Positions 40,847-55,182 of a stretch of DNA of 64,000 nt are shown in pieces. The notes under the pieces were generated by a model. The model searched no databases, was not told the origin of the DNA, and saw nothing but the letters and a program-made list of their open reading frames with translations. The stretch is taken from NCBI GenBank assembly GCA_964016885.1, contig OZ024740.1:129704001-129768000 (forward strand). The letters are read 5' to 3'. Source of the DNA: Eledone cirrhosa. Lineage: Eukaryota. Made by a program: the position numbers and the translations under genes. Position 1 is the first letter of the stretch. Each line of letters starts with the position of its first letter.

Positions 40847-41899
40847 GGCGGTGTATGAGTGTGGTATTATTTTAGCGATCCCGTGTTGTTACAATAATTT
40901 CTGCGTGTGGCTATCACATATGCTAAAGTTTTTAATTCCCCAGTGTGTTGATATTTCATAAAATATGTTTAATTTTGTCTAGGCAAGCTGATTAATGTTG
41001 CCTTTTAAAAGTAAACAGTAGCTCCTTAGCGTAAGTGATCGACTTTTATCACACATATTTCCCCTTTTGGAGATCTCATATCCTCAAATTTCAGATAAAC
41101 CAACACTTCGATAAATGAAAGTGTTTACACACACACACAGAAACGCATACATGCATACACAATATATACGTATGTTGTTACTACTTCCATATATTTGATT
41201 TACTTCTCTGGTACTAATGTTTTACCTATTTCTGTTTGAAGATATATTATTACATTGGACAAATTATATTTATTACATTGGCTTCACGATCAATTTTGTT
41301 TTTTGACAAACATAGCGGTATACAAAGAAAAGGATATTTTGAAGCAGATAAAACTTTCTTTATGTATATCATTGCAGAATCCGTATGTATATCATTGCAG
41401 ATTTCTCCTAGACCATCTTTATCAACAAAATAATATGCAAGTTGCGAACTTTTTAATAAACGTATATGTAAAATCTTTTAGCAAATGTAGCTTAATTTTA
41501 ACAGAAATCTCTACCTATAAAGCAAATAAATATTATGAACCTTCACCAGAGAAAATCATTGTACCGTTCTAAAGCAAGGTAAAGCAAGGTAAGTATGTTA
41601 AATTATACACAACCTATCCAAATCAGTAATTACATGCCTTTATACACATTCTATCATTTCACCATAACACATAACAATACATCCAATTTAAAACGAGACT
41701 CATTGTTTCTGGCATAAACGGTCCCTTCTATACAATTTTCTGGTTTCTTTCCAGGCGGTGTTTCGAGACAAACAATACCATCACACTTTCCCCAGACACG
41801 CAGACAGTCCACAAGAAATACTCAACGACTAAAATAACTTAATCCCACCACAATTGGACAGAATATTTACACCTTTAGTTAAGAAGTAATTTCCCTCGA

Positions 41900-42870
41900 A
41901 ATCTCTCTCACCGCCTCCCCCGACCATCCACTTTATTCCGGACAACATCATATCTTTACCAACCTCAATTCGTAGTGTTCTCTATTGTCAAGTGCAACAA
42001 CGTCTTTCCACTTTGAGGGATACTTTAGAAAGAAAATCGCAGCTCTTCCGATGGGATCGAGTCTGTCAAGCCACCTGACCCATAAAAGCCTGTATACAGA
42101 ATCGGATATCCCGGATAGGCAACAATTGCATCGAGCAAATCGTCAGCTATACACAATGGTTGAAATCCAGAGAATTCTCACGGAAATCGTCTACGAAATT
42201 TCTCGCATCAAATAGCGAAATGCCAAGGCAGAAGGACGTAAAAATAAAAGGAAGACACCTCCACCTAAGGATAACTTTTGCTAAATAAAGCTGTCACATT
42301 TCAATGAGGAGACGACAGCTGCAATCAGACAAGTAGGCTGTAGGGAAGGACTGAATATACGGTAGGCACATTGGGAAGCATAATTGAAGATACTGCTCCA
42401 CAGACACCAACCAACATACAGCGATAATTGTCCTGTACAACGCAGAAGCGTGCATGTGAACATAAATGATCTCTTACATCGGATGTGCCAAAAGGAACAC
42501 GTGACAATGAGAGCTTCTTCCGTCAAAAAACATATTGACACATGCGGCAACCAATATATTTAGGTCAACATGGAGGCGGGTGAAAGGAATACGAGAAATT
42601 AAAAACATAAATGAAGCCGTTTTCATCATCCACTTAAGTCAGAAATAGCTAATAGGTCAGAAAGGGTCGAAGCGGAATGGTTATTATTGCAAACCCGCGC
42701 ATGCCCATACTATTTTGCAACACATAGAACCAATTACAGTAGAACACTCTAATCGTTTGTTTGATTTATCGTGGACTGTTCCAACTTGGAATCTGAAAAG
42801 AGAGTTATAACCCTGAAATATCATGCCAAAATACACTAGGTAAAACGGTACTTTACTTCGTTTCCTTCTG
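41900..42870 (+). pseudogene. Heavily decayed, diverged Penelope-type PLE
   Basis: LPMGSSLS RT motif; RASSVKKHIDTCG-like segment matching the family C-terminus. Confidence 0.6.
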
Positions 42871-45067
42871 TTTCATTTACCATTATTTGCCCTTCATATA
42901 TTCTACTGCATTTTACCGGCTTTCTAGAAAACGTATTGGTCATGTATACACACACACACACGCACACAGACATGTATATATATTTCTGTGTGTGTGTGAA
43001 TATGTATTTGTGCGTGTGTATTTTCAACACTGTTACTTTCTATAATGAATACATTTCACATTTCAATTAGAATTCCAGATATTGTGTCCGTTTAGTACGC
43101 AACAGAAATGCGATGACTCGAAGCATTCTATGTTCATATTTTACAGGTTCAAACGAATACAATAATCAGTCAATTAAGAAGACATTATAATTACAGTAAA
43201 AATGATTTCAATTATGTTCTACAAAGAAGTAAATAAAATGGTTGTTTATTTACATCATACTCCGTGACGTTCATCATACATACCGAGGTACATATTGTCG
43301 TCGAAACATACGTCTCTTCGTGAAAGGACAGGAAATCTGTTCAAACACGCATAGAAACAATTGAAATAATAACAATTTGCCTTTGTTATTCATTCATTTA
43401 ATGATACTTTTGATGAAGAAGTAGCAGAAGATCGTTGTATTATTTGACTGATAGAATAAATATGGATTCAACCAATGTACTAGAGCAATAAATATATCTA
43501 ATTGTTTCAAGTTTCATCTTCTAAACGAATAATCAAAAATTGATTAGCTTAATTAAGAATAGACAATCTTGAAACTGCATGACATGCTATCAGGTCGAAC
43601 ATATTCTATACTCTACTCTGCAGATTCTTTTTCTATTCGATTTGATAAAGCTAAACACAGATCACTGAATATGATTCAGTCGTGATCATAGTGCCTCTTT
43701 TAAAACCATAATGTATCTCGAATAACATATCTTATGTGGTCCCTTTGTTAGTTCCTCTGTTTTCCTGTAATTTGATGAACATGGGAAAGATATAGACAGC
43801 TTCTACTTAATCGAGCAGCCGTGCAGAGGATCTGTTTTTGATTATGTATATATGTTTCTGTTTTGGTTAGCTGCATGACTTCCTTTATTGTTTTTGTTAT
43901 TTATCTCCCTATATTCTCCTTATTTTCTGGTGTATTATTATCAACAGCTTTCTATCAATAACTACCACATTTTGATTTAATATATCATAACTCTAGAACT
44001 ATTTTGTCATAATGGCATTGCTTGCTTAATACATTAAGGTTTGATTCGAGGGAATTGTGCTTGCTATATTTTGGCTTACTATATGTTATGTGTCCAGCTA
44101 GTGGTCATAGAATAGTCTAGGGTAGGTCGTAATAGATGTTTATCTACACATTACCCTTCGGTGTAGCCTATCCTAGTTCAGTGCCTGGGTTTGTGACTTT
44201 TCGTGTTCATAGAGATATAGGAAAAGCTTAGCAAATAGTTTATTATGTACATATAGTTGTGTACATATTCAATATTAAATTAAATATATTCATTTTAAAT
44301 GTCATGCAATGATAATATGGTTTTGGTCTTTTCCAGAATATTTTCAAATGCGATTCGATACCGTACAGAAAGTTGACTAACACTATTAGGAATATACACC
44401 CCGTGTGAGTACTGGGGATATTATGCACCTTCTCCTCAAGAAACACAAGATTGCAAAGGTAGACTGCTAATTGGATATATGTAAGGGGTACTGCTTTTCT
44501 ACGATATAAACATGTATGCCCTTCATCTAGACACGTATTGTAGAGAAACTGCCATTATAATTTTGTACATTTTAGTTCATGTTAATATTTGCAATTCATA
44601 GGAATACTTTTGCAGATTACAAGTATCACAGGAAAATATTAATAACACAAATATGACAATAACACAGCTAAGGTAAAAATGAAATACAATAAAACACAGG
44701 GCGGGAGAATGAAGGTTATCCAGAGAGATACGTGTTGTAGATGGTCGTAGACTTTAAATTAAAACAATAAAGTGAACATCTATCCGAAATATATTTATAT
44801 TCATATCAGCAGATCATAATATATGATTTCATATTCTGTTAATATAGAGAGATTTTACGTATTGGCAGATACCAATGAAGATTTGGCCTGCATAAACACT
44901 ATCAATTTTCCGCAAGATTAGTCGGGCTGTGCTTTCCTATGTCACAAAATATCTACCACAGCACCACACAATTACACTCACTCCATGTAATTCTAACAAC
45001 CCATCCATCCATTTATCTTTCTACACGCACACAGCTAATAAACACACGCACACACACACACATACAC

Positions 45068-45177
<110 letters not shown>

Positions 45178-45329
45178 ATATATAGTAGGGTTGGTGCTCT
45201 GAAATAGCGATGTATAGTATGTTTCGCAATATACCTTTTGTTTAACTAAAAAACATTTTGAAGACCATACGCTATCGGTTTTAAAGTAGTGAGTATGCCA
45301 TACTTCTTTTCGGCGAAAGAAGGAAGAGA

Positions 45330-46550
45330 AGCTGTATATATATATATTTATACAAATGAATCTATGATAGGGATTAACACTGATACAAGTACACATGTGT
45401 TCGTATTGCAAATGACCAAGTTAGCTAGGTGGAAAATACTAATTTAAAATAATATGGTTTGCCTATCTCGTTTTAAAATAATAAATCAATAAAAACAAAC
45501 CTATATTGGCAATGGCCGTGATACCCGGACACATTCTAAATGTGTTTCGCAAAAATTAAGTGAAAGTTACTGTTCCTGTGATCTGCAGCTATACAGAAAT
45601 TGGTAGTTTTCCCGTCAGAATACTTAAGAAGACTGAGAGAATGTGTTGTTGAACGCATATGTGCCAACGCGCCTAACTTGTCCCATACCCGCGCCGCTAA
45701 AATTAGCAGTTGGTTTTATGGTACTAAAATTAGCTCTGCGTATGGGGCCGAGAATATTATATATAGAATTATAAACACAAAATAGTATTTTAAAATTAAA
45801 TAGCTCAAAGAAGGGAGTATTTATGAGCCGTGTAATAGAAACGAATATATGATAGGGATGAACACTGATACAAGTACACATGTGTTCATATTGCAAATGA
45901 CCAAGTTAACTAGGTTGAAAAATACTAATTTAAAATAATACGGGTTGCCTATTTCGATTTAAAATAGTAAATCAATAAAAAAAATCCTATATTGTCAATG
46001 GCCGTGATACCCGGACAGATTCTAAATTTGTTTCGCAACAATTAAGTAAAAGTTACTATTCCTGTGCTCGTCTGCGGGCAATCAGAAATTGGTAGTTTTC
46101 ACTTCAAAATACTTACATACTCTAATCCATAGAAACAATAGAACACTTCACATACATGAACACACACATACTAACCATAGAAGGCTCAGGGACGCGCTCG
46201 TCTACACACGTACATTCACAAATTGAAGCAATAAAACACACGTCCCAAATCAATCTTATCGGCACACACACAAGCACACGCATGACATACCTGGACACTC
46301 CACCTGCCGCCACCCTCCCAGATGGTGGACTACTCAACTACGACCCCCTACATTTTTAACAAGGTTGGCCAAAGTTTCATGTTCCTAGCAGCCCCCTCCC
46401 CATCCGAACTCTCCATTTCCTAACGAAGGACTTCCGTCCGAAGCGGTGAACTCTCCTCCAATTCCGACTAACCTTGATCCTAAAAAGTCTTTCTAATTTT
46501 GAATCCGTTCTTTGCTTTGTCTTATTTCTTTAACCATATATATATATATA

Positions 46551-46629
<79 letters not shown>

Positions 46630-47254
46630 GAGTTATAAACTCAAAATAGTCTTTTACAATTAAATAGCTCAAAGAAGGGAATTTTTCTTAGCCGTGTAAT
46701 ACAAATGAATATACAAGTATACATGTGTTCGTATTGCGAATGACTAAGTTAGCTAGGTTGAGACATACTAATTTAAAATAAAACGGTTTGCCTATCTTGA
46801 TTTAAAATAATAAATCAATAAAAACAAACCTATATTGGCAATGGCCGTGATACCCGGACACATTCTAAATGTTGTTTCGCAACAATTAAGTGAAAGTTAC
46901 TATTCCTGTCCCAAAGTTACCAATTTCTGGATACCCGCAGAAGAGTACAGAAATAGTAACTTTCACTTAATTGTTGCTAACCAAATTTAGAATTTGTCTG
47001 GGTATCACGGCCCTTGCCAATATAGGTTTGTTTTTATTGATTTACTATTTTAAATCGAAATAGGCAAACCGTATTATTTTAAATTAGTATTTCTCAACCT
47101 AGCTAACTTGGTCATTTGCAATAGGAACACATGTGTACTTGTATCAGTGTTCATCCCTATCATAGATTCGTTTGTATTACACGGCTCAGAAATATTCCCT
47201 TCTTTGAGCTATTTAATTGTAAAATACTATTTTGAGTTTATAACTCTATATATA

Positions 47255-47295
<41 letters not shown>

Positions 47296-47715
47296 GTTAA
47301 AGAAATAAGACAAAGCAAACGAACGGATTGAAAATTACAAATACTTTTTAGCATCAAGTTTAGTTGGAATTGGAGGAGAGTTCGCCGCTTCGGACGGAAG
47401 TCCTTTGTTAGGAAATGGAGTGTTCGGATGGGGTGGGAGCTGGTAGGAACATGACACTTTGGACAACGTTGTTAAGAATGATGGGGTGGTAGTTGAGTAG
47501 TCTGCCGTATGGGAGGGTGGTGACAGGTGGAGTGTCCAGGTGTGTCATGCGTATGCTTGTGTGTGTGCCGATAAGATTCATTTGGGACGTGTGTTGCTTC
47601 AGTTTGTGAATCTGCGTGTGTAGACGAGCCCGTCCCTGAGGCTTCTATGGTTAGTGTGTGTGTCTTCATGTATGTGAAGTTTTCTATTGTTTCTATGGAC
47701 AATAGTATGTAAGTT
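45330..47715. repeat. Compound repeat: three direct ~300-bp units plus a large inverted repeat (46110-46910 vs 46945-47715)
   Basis: Unit with acatgtgttc.tattgc.aatgac.aagtt at ~45390, ~45880 and ~46720, inverted at ~47130; second block 46115-46540 inverted at 47290-47715. Confidence 0.85.
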
Positions 47716-47807
47716 TGTGAGTATTTTCACGTCTGTTTCGGATGTGTGAGTGTTTGCGTGTATTCATGTATGTTTATGCAGTGTATGCATAAGTATATCT
47801 GTGTATG

Positions 47808-47980
<173 letters not shown>

Positions 47981-48022
47981 GTCTGTCTGCTTATCCTCGT
48001 GTAGTCCGAAAGTGCCTTAGAG

Positions 48023-48323
48023 CAGTGCTTCTTAAACTATCTGATGTGGCGGACCGGCATATTTTTTCAGTTTACCACGTACCGTTAATATTTCGTATTT
48101 AATTTATACCGGAAACGATATATATAATGAATATAATAATAGTTGACCATATTTTATCTTTTATTTATTTTGTAAACAAATAATACAATATCAAAACATA
48201 AATAAATAATAATAAAAATCCTCAAATGACTCCTTAGCATGGCCTGGACACTGGCCGTGTACCGGTAGCTGATGGCTGGCGTACCGGCACCGGTCCGCGG
48301 GACCACCACTTTGAGTAGCGCTA
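48023..48323. mobile_element. hAT/Charlie-type MITE
   Basis: Imperfect TIRs CAGTGCTTCTTAAACT / ACTTTGAGTAGCGCTA; 8-bp TSD ccttagag / cattagag. Confidence 0.78.
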
Positions 48324-48412
48324 CATTAGAGAATTGTTTTAGTTTGCTGGTGTAGGTGAAGTGGTCAGAAAATTACATACACACACATACACACACCCAA
48401 ACACACACACAC

Positions 48413-48570
<158 letters not shown>

Positions 48571-49324
48571 ATAATAATAAATTTGAAGACTAAAATCCAA
48601 AGAGTAATCAATAGGGATAAATGTATATCAAATATATAAGAACCGTAGAGCAAATATTTATTAAAATAACAGATTAAAGTTTAATCAAATAATCGCTGCT
48701 TTCACCCTTAACGTTATCATCTGAAACTAACAGAGTCAATCTGTGAACGCGGAAGTGAGTATTTAAAAAAAAATGGAGGAAGACAGGAAGACGATACTTT
48801 GGTTGGTGGAAACGTTCCCTGGCAAAGAACGGGAAAAAAGTCATTATTTGGAGCGGTGAAAAACAATTGCATGCAAAGACAAAACCGCGTTTATGGTATA
48901 AAAGAAGTCGTAGACTAATATTCTATTAGGTGGTTCATAGAGACGTTCTCTGGCAATGAACGGAAAAAAACGAAGATAATACGTCACATGTGGTGCATGG
49001 AGGACAATTGCACGCAAAGACAAAACCAAGTAAATGGTATAACTGAAGTCGTAGTCTTCTCCATTCTGTCTGCCGGGGTTGTGGGTGGGCCCCATCGCGT
49101 ACCAATACATTTGTTAAATACCATTCTTTCATCATACACAACACAATAAAGTCGTAGACTAAACTTCTAACTAGGAAACCGAATGATTCTCGGCTTCATA
49201 GTTAAGAATAAAGTAAATAAAATACAGAGGTAATTGCAATTAAATAAATACATACACGCAACCATATACGTACATACACAAGTATAGGCGAACACATTCG
49301 CCATTGGTATACACATACACGCAC

Positions 49325-49365
<41 letters not shown>

Positions 49366-49759
49366 CAAATAATTAAATAAACGTATATAAATAAATAAAT
49401 ACGTATATAACAAGCGCACACACATACCTACATGTAAATACACATATGTTCGGAGGCGTACATCAACCAAAACACGAAGTACACATATACATACACCCTA
49501 CATACGTACGGACCCGCATACTCACACAGGCGCAAAACTCACGTATACACATAACCAACAGCATATGTACCAGAATTTATAAAATATACGCCATAACATA
49601 TACAATCAAATATACGTTCGAGAAAGTATACGTACCTTCACAAAACATACGGGTAATATATACTTACCTATACAAATAAGTAATGGTATAAACATAACAT
49701 ATACTTAGCTACCACATCAAGACGCAAAAAATCCGTGTATAGATCGTACTATCCGTTAG

Positions 49760-51875
49760 GGTATAATGTGGGGCTGTAATACAGGAATCTTTTGTGCAAT
49801 TTATGTTTACAAGCCGATATTGCCTCAGATTTTTTGTTTAAGATGTGGTCTTTGGCGTAGAGTATTTCCAGGGCCTCAGCGGCGCAGAGGTCACATGGTC
49901 TTTTATTTCCGTTATACAATCTAGCCCTAGCTAGGATCTCCCAGTGTAACTTATATTGGGTATGGTTGTCTTTTAGACTCTCGAGATATAAGCTGAAAGT
50001 GACGTCATATTCCTTCTTAAAGGGTAACGAAAAGAATGGGTATGCATGTAAAGACGCTGCTTGAATCTATTGGCGGTTAACCCTATGTAGGCCCCACGGG
50101 AAGTGGGTGTTTCAACCTTACGTTTGTAGACAATGTTACTAGAGATGCATTTCCCGGATAGGGGCAGTCAACCCGATTCCTACAATTACAGTTAGTACTA
50201 ACTACATGGTTGCACGTGTTCCTACGACTAGGTAGTTTAGCTAAATTTGATGCTGGGATGTTATGTGCAAGGTTATGAGTGGGAGAGTAAGACATTTTAA
50301 TAGTATTTCTATTAAACAAATTTACTATATTTATGTGTATGGGGAAATGCTTCGTAATAAGGGAGAGAAAGATCTAGCTAATGGTGTGGCCACCTCCATA
50401 TTATATGGTGGGTTATACTATATAATGCGTCGGGATCTATTTCTTCTAGGTCTATTCTCGTACTCTGTATATGCTACGTTATCGACAAATCCACTCCGAG
50501 CAAGAGCTTCATTGTAATATGTGGAATGGTCGTTGAAAATATGCTCGTTAGTAGATAGACGGGAAAGCCTCAAAGAAACGTTTCTTACCAGGTTCTTGGT
50601 TATGCTGGCAGGTTGGTTAGAATGCTTACTTATGTAATTAAACGTATAATTCGGCATTCTATACGGGTAATACAAGCCTTTCGAAAAATAGCGGGTAACG
50701 TAGAGGAAATTAACGACCGAGAGGTTGGCCTCAACCTGTATTATGTGGTTGAAGCCTTTAAAGAAGGCTGGGAGTTCTTTTCTGAATCCGTCGCAAGCAC
50801 GTGGGCCACAATTAGTCATGGTCACAATACTATCATCACGGTACAAACCATTGCCCACCTTGGGGAATTCGTCCTTGATAGAGAAAAGAAGGAACTGGCC
50901 GATAAGATCAGTAACCACAGCAGAATCACTGGCGCCCATACTCACGTCTAATGGGGTACTATTAGATTTTTTAATCCAAATAGAGTAGTCGAAATTGATC
51001 ACCGACTTACGGGCATTAACGATGAAATCAACTTGAAATCCTTAAACAGTGTGAGTGTTTTAGCGAAATTGATAGCTCTAAGGAGAAGTGGTAAAGTGAT
51101 GGAGGAGTAGTAATTATTGATGTCGAATTGGATAAAACGGCAATGTTCCTTGTTGTATATGCCATTGAACCAATCAATCACCGCGAAAGAATTGTTCCAC
51201 AGTGCCAGAGGGGCCAAACTTCTAATTTCAGGTATAATTCTATCAAGAATCCTTTTACTAAGTCTACCTAAATCGGACTTCGTAGGGTTAATAAGCCGAA
51301 TAGAGGGGTTGTTCTGAAAATTGGATTTGTGATCCTTCAGGGTAAAGTGGGGAGAAATAGGGTCCAGAAGTTCGTCAGGTCCAGGATGTTGAGATCAGAG
51401 GTGATTTTAAACCCAGCATCGTTGATTTCATTAATGACGCACCGATTAGTTTTACGGTAATCCTTAGTTACAGCATTGTGTAGTAGGTGATGGTAAGTAC
51501 TGCGCTCCACTTGATATACATTGCCAGTTTTGTCGGAATGGACGTGCACGGCATTAGAATCCTTAATAGAACAAATTCTATTCTTCCAGTCCTGCTGGAA
51601 GGAATTGCTCCTATTCCGAAATTTGATACTCCGTATGAGTTCCAAGACATCATTTTCGAAGGGTAGCAATGTTGGGTTACACGGAGGGTTATTTAAGTTT
51701 TAAACCTAAATTTATCCTGTTTCTTGTCTGCTTTTCCCTGATTATCGAAATAAAAGTCACGCCAACGCAACATTTTAATGAACGCGTCTGTTTTCTGTAT
51801 CATGAGTTTTAGGTGTGTTTTCCTGCTTGGTACGGGTATGCTCTTTGTAGAAATATTCAGATGTTGTTTCTGCAT
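49760..51875 (-). pseudogene. Decayed second Naiad-type PLE (RT + GIY-YIG), frameshifted
   Basis: MQKQHLNISTKSIP, HSDKTGN, FIQFDINNYYSSI, DVSMGASDSA, GLYRDD, CNCRNRVDCP, AYIGLT, CDLC..E. Confidence 0.88.
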
Positions 51876-52256
51876 GATGAATATAAGTCAATAGATTGCT
51901 CAACCGAGGGAGCCATGGCTTACAAATATACATACACGGAATCGTTTATGAGTTTAATTTAGTTTATCTACATATTACATTTATCTCTCAAACATTTGTT
52001 CCCCTTCATTGCGTGCTTAATTCCCTTGGAAACTGTATGTCCTTGTAGTCTAATTCCTCTCTTTCTTATTTGTCTACTACTTTTGTTTCTGCCCCTATAT
52101 CAGTGTTATCTGTTCTCTATATTTAGATGACCGCCTTCGTTCTATATCACTCAACTCTTCGTTGCACTCACATTGTTCTCTATGTATTTGTTTCTCTATC
52201 TTTCTTTCTCTCTCTCTCCCTCTCTCTCTATCTATCTATCTATCTATGTCTCTATG

Positions 52257-52293
<37 letters not shown>

Positions 52294-52738
52294 TTTAAAA
52301 ACCTATCTCTCATTACATCTTGTGTCCTTAGCCATTCACTTCATTCACAATAGAGAATAAGGTTATAACGAAAGCAGAAAAAGTAAGAAAATAAACCCAA
52401 GAAAAAATAAGGATGTTTTTATAAATATATAAACGTTATATTTATGCGATATACTTTTGCATGTATTGTCGTCCATTAGTTTGAATATGATGTATGCATG
52501 CAACAAGATCTGTATCATGTGAAATGGGAGATAATGTAATTAGTTCTGCAGATCTATGGTCACCGCATGTTTTAGAATTGCAGATACTTGGACAATACAA
52601 AATACGTTTGAGTGCGCACGATGGGTCATCGAAGCATTCATTTTTAGACAGAGACAGATGCCGAGGTAGAGAGAGGAATATATCATACACGCACGTGCTC
52701 ACACACTTACAGACGAACACACACACACACACATATTT

Positions 52739-52794
<56 letters not shown>

Positions 52795-52855
52795 CAGTAT
52801 ATATATATATATTTACATATACATATATATATATATATATATTAATATATATATA

Positions 52856-52920
<65 letters not shown>

Positions 52921-52922
52921 TG

Positions 52923-52970
<48 letters not shown>

Positions 52971-53029
52971 TGTACATATATATATATGTGTGTGTGTGTG
53001 TTCGTCCGTATTTGTGTGACCACACACAC

Positions 53030-53061
<32 letters not shown>

Positions 53062-53140
53062 CCCGCCCCACTGCACTCGCAGTCGTGAAACTAAAAACCA
53101 TATCATTTGTACCATCTCTCTGTTCATTTATTCAACTATA

Positions 53141-53183
<43 letters not shown>

Positions 53184-53233
53184 GAAATCAAATAACAGGA
53201 CGCTGGACTGCTCTAAATCCTTGAAAGGTTTAT

Positions 53234-53292
53234 TATATTATGATCATTTCAATGACCGGGTTCCATATGAATCCGGTGATATTATCAGGTAT
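53234..53292 (-). ncRNA. Degenerate hammerhead (family 3), core CTGATAA
   Basis: Minus strand: ATAC CTGATAA t ATCACCGG..CCGGTCAT t GAAA TGATCA TA; homologous to 18680-18784 + 21500-21560. Confidence 0.55.
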
Positions 53293-55182
53293 TGGAATAT
53301 AACAAAGGAATATGTAAAAAACCATGGGTCTGAAAAATTAGAGACAGAGACAGAGAGGATGACTGACCAACTAGCTGCTCGGCCCGTCGCCCTCAAAGTG
53401 TTGGAAACTGAAGCTACTAATGAATATCTGGTGAGGGGGCGAAGGCTTATAATGCACTACCACCACTCCGTCAAAGAAGGAGGGGAATAAAGAAAGAAAG
53501 GGAGAAAGAAGTGTAGTGTAAGGGTCATACTACATTCATGCTAGAAAATGCCGCGAAAATATGTTACCCCAAAGAATCTATAACGGGTGTCTGCATGGTC
53601 TAATGTGTGAAACGAAGATTGGAACGTTAAACTTATGTTGTGAGTTATAGGATGAAATTAAATTAAATTAAAAATATTAAATTGCAAAATGATAAATTGA
53701 AAAATAAGTTATTAGAGAATTAAAGATTAAGGTAGCGAGATTTATTTATTTAATGAACTTACGGAGAGAGTCTTATATGAAAAAATGATCTCGATAAGAT
53801 ATTAGGATGGGATATAGAGTAAAGATTTCGATTGGGAGTCCCAGCCAGCACACTCCCAACCATGAGTCAGCCATTCTCGAGTGGTATCGTCCAGCGAAAG
53901 AAATGGAAATTAATGTTTCCGAGTACTCTAGGAACGTAGCTACATTAGGCCCCGGGAGCGCTACCTGGAACTCCACAATTTGACAGGCCATCGTCTATAC
54001 CAAACGAATACTATTAAATCCCACATGGGGGGTTTATTTACGTGCCAGTCGCGGCATGATACAGCTAATAGTTATGCCTAAACCTGGAGTGTGTAGGTAC
54101 AAGTATAATGGGGCGGCTAAAACAGGCGGCGCGGTGGGATGGGGGCAAAGCAACGCGCTCCGAGTAATTTCGTTTACTGAAAGAGGAGAAATTTATTTTT
54201 CCGAGCACTCAAGGAAGGCTGGACTTTCCGAGTGCCCAGCGTGCAGCCGGGAAAAAGCCACCACACAAGTCGAAGGTAGCAACCCAATGAAAAATTGCAA
54301 ATATACCAACATTATTTAAAAGTCCCAGTTAGTCCGGGTTATAATTAATGTGGTTCTTAGGTGGGTAGGGGGCTATGAAAGGTGCATAATGACCTGAGTG
54401 AGGAAAAGTTACAAAAAATAATAAAAGCAGATACAAAGATAAAATACCAATATAAAGATAGAATACATTGATAAAAATACATTAATAAAATAATAAAATA
54501 ATAAAATATACATTAATGAAATAATAAAAAAATTAATAAAGGTAAATAAGAATATAGATCAAGTTGTAGTAAGATAATGCAAGTTGTACATATAGATATA
54601 GATATAGAGGATGGAGGAGTTGGAATGGTAATAGTTTGTACCTAATGTAAAGTTCGGCTCTCCGAATTCAGTGCGAGTCCCAAAAGTCCTGAGGTATAGA
54701 GTAGAAAAATCAGTCCATACAATACATGTTTTAGTATAATATGTAGTTTTGTCGGAATCGGAATCATCCCGACAAGGAAGTAGTATCAGGTGGCGGTAGA
54801 TAAGGCGCAGGCAGCCAAAATCCGAATGGTAACTAGATCAGTTAATCCCATGCTGGCAATAGCTGTACACTGAAGTCAGTGCCGCTGTTCAATATTACAT
54901 TTTGAAGTGCTCAACATTATAGGAGCATTATTTATTTAGGTTTGTTGGTTCACCACTGCATAGAACTGGTCATTCCGTATGGTCAATCCTAATGTAATAT
55001 TGTGAAGAGTACACAACGTAGTGCAATTCACCATATAAAGTATATATATATATATATATATATATAAGAGAGTATTGAAGTTTGCTTGAAGCATTGTGGA
55101 ACAATAAGTAAATATCTTTAAGTCGTTTGGAAGCCTCGACAAACAGGGACCCGACCTGAAAATCAGGCCCATCGTATCGAGC

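Noticed and set aside
41400-41595. Possible host exon (AG...GGTAAG); similar weak candidates near 9375, 11770 and 43147
   Set aside because: No recognisable protein similarity or consistent frame; needs RNA-seq
48855-49170. Imperfect short repeats (acaattgca.gcaaagacaaaacc; aagtcgtag)
   Set aside because: Probably local duplications in the decayed Naiad 3' region; no function supportable
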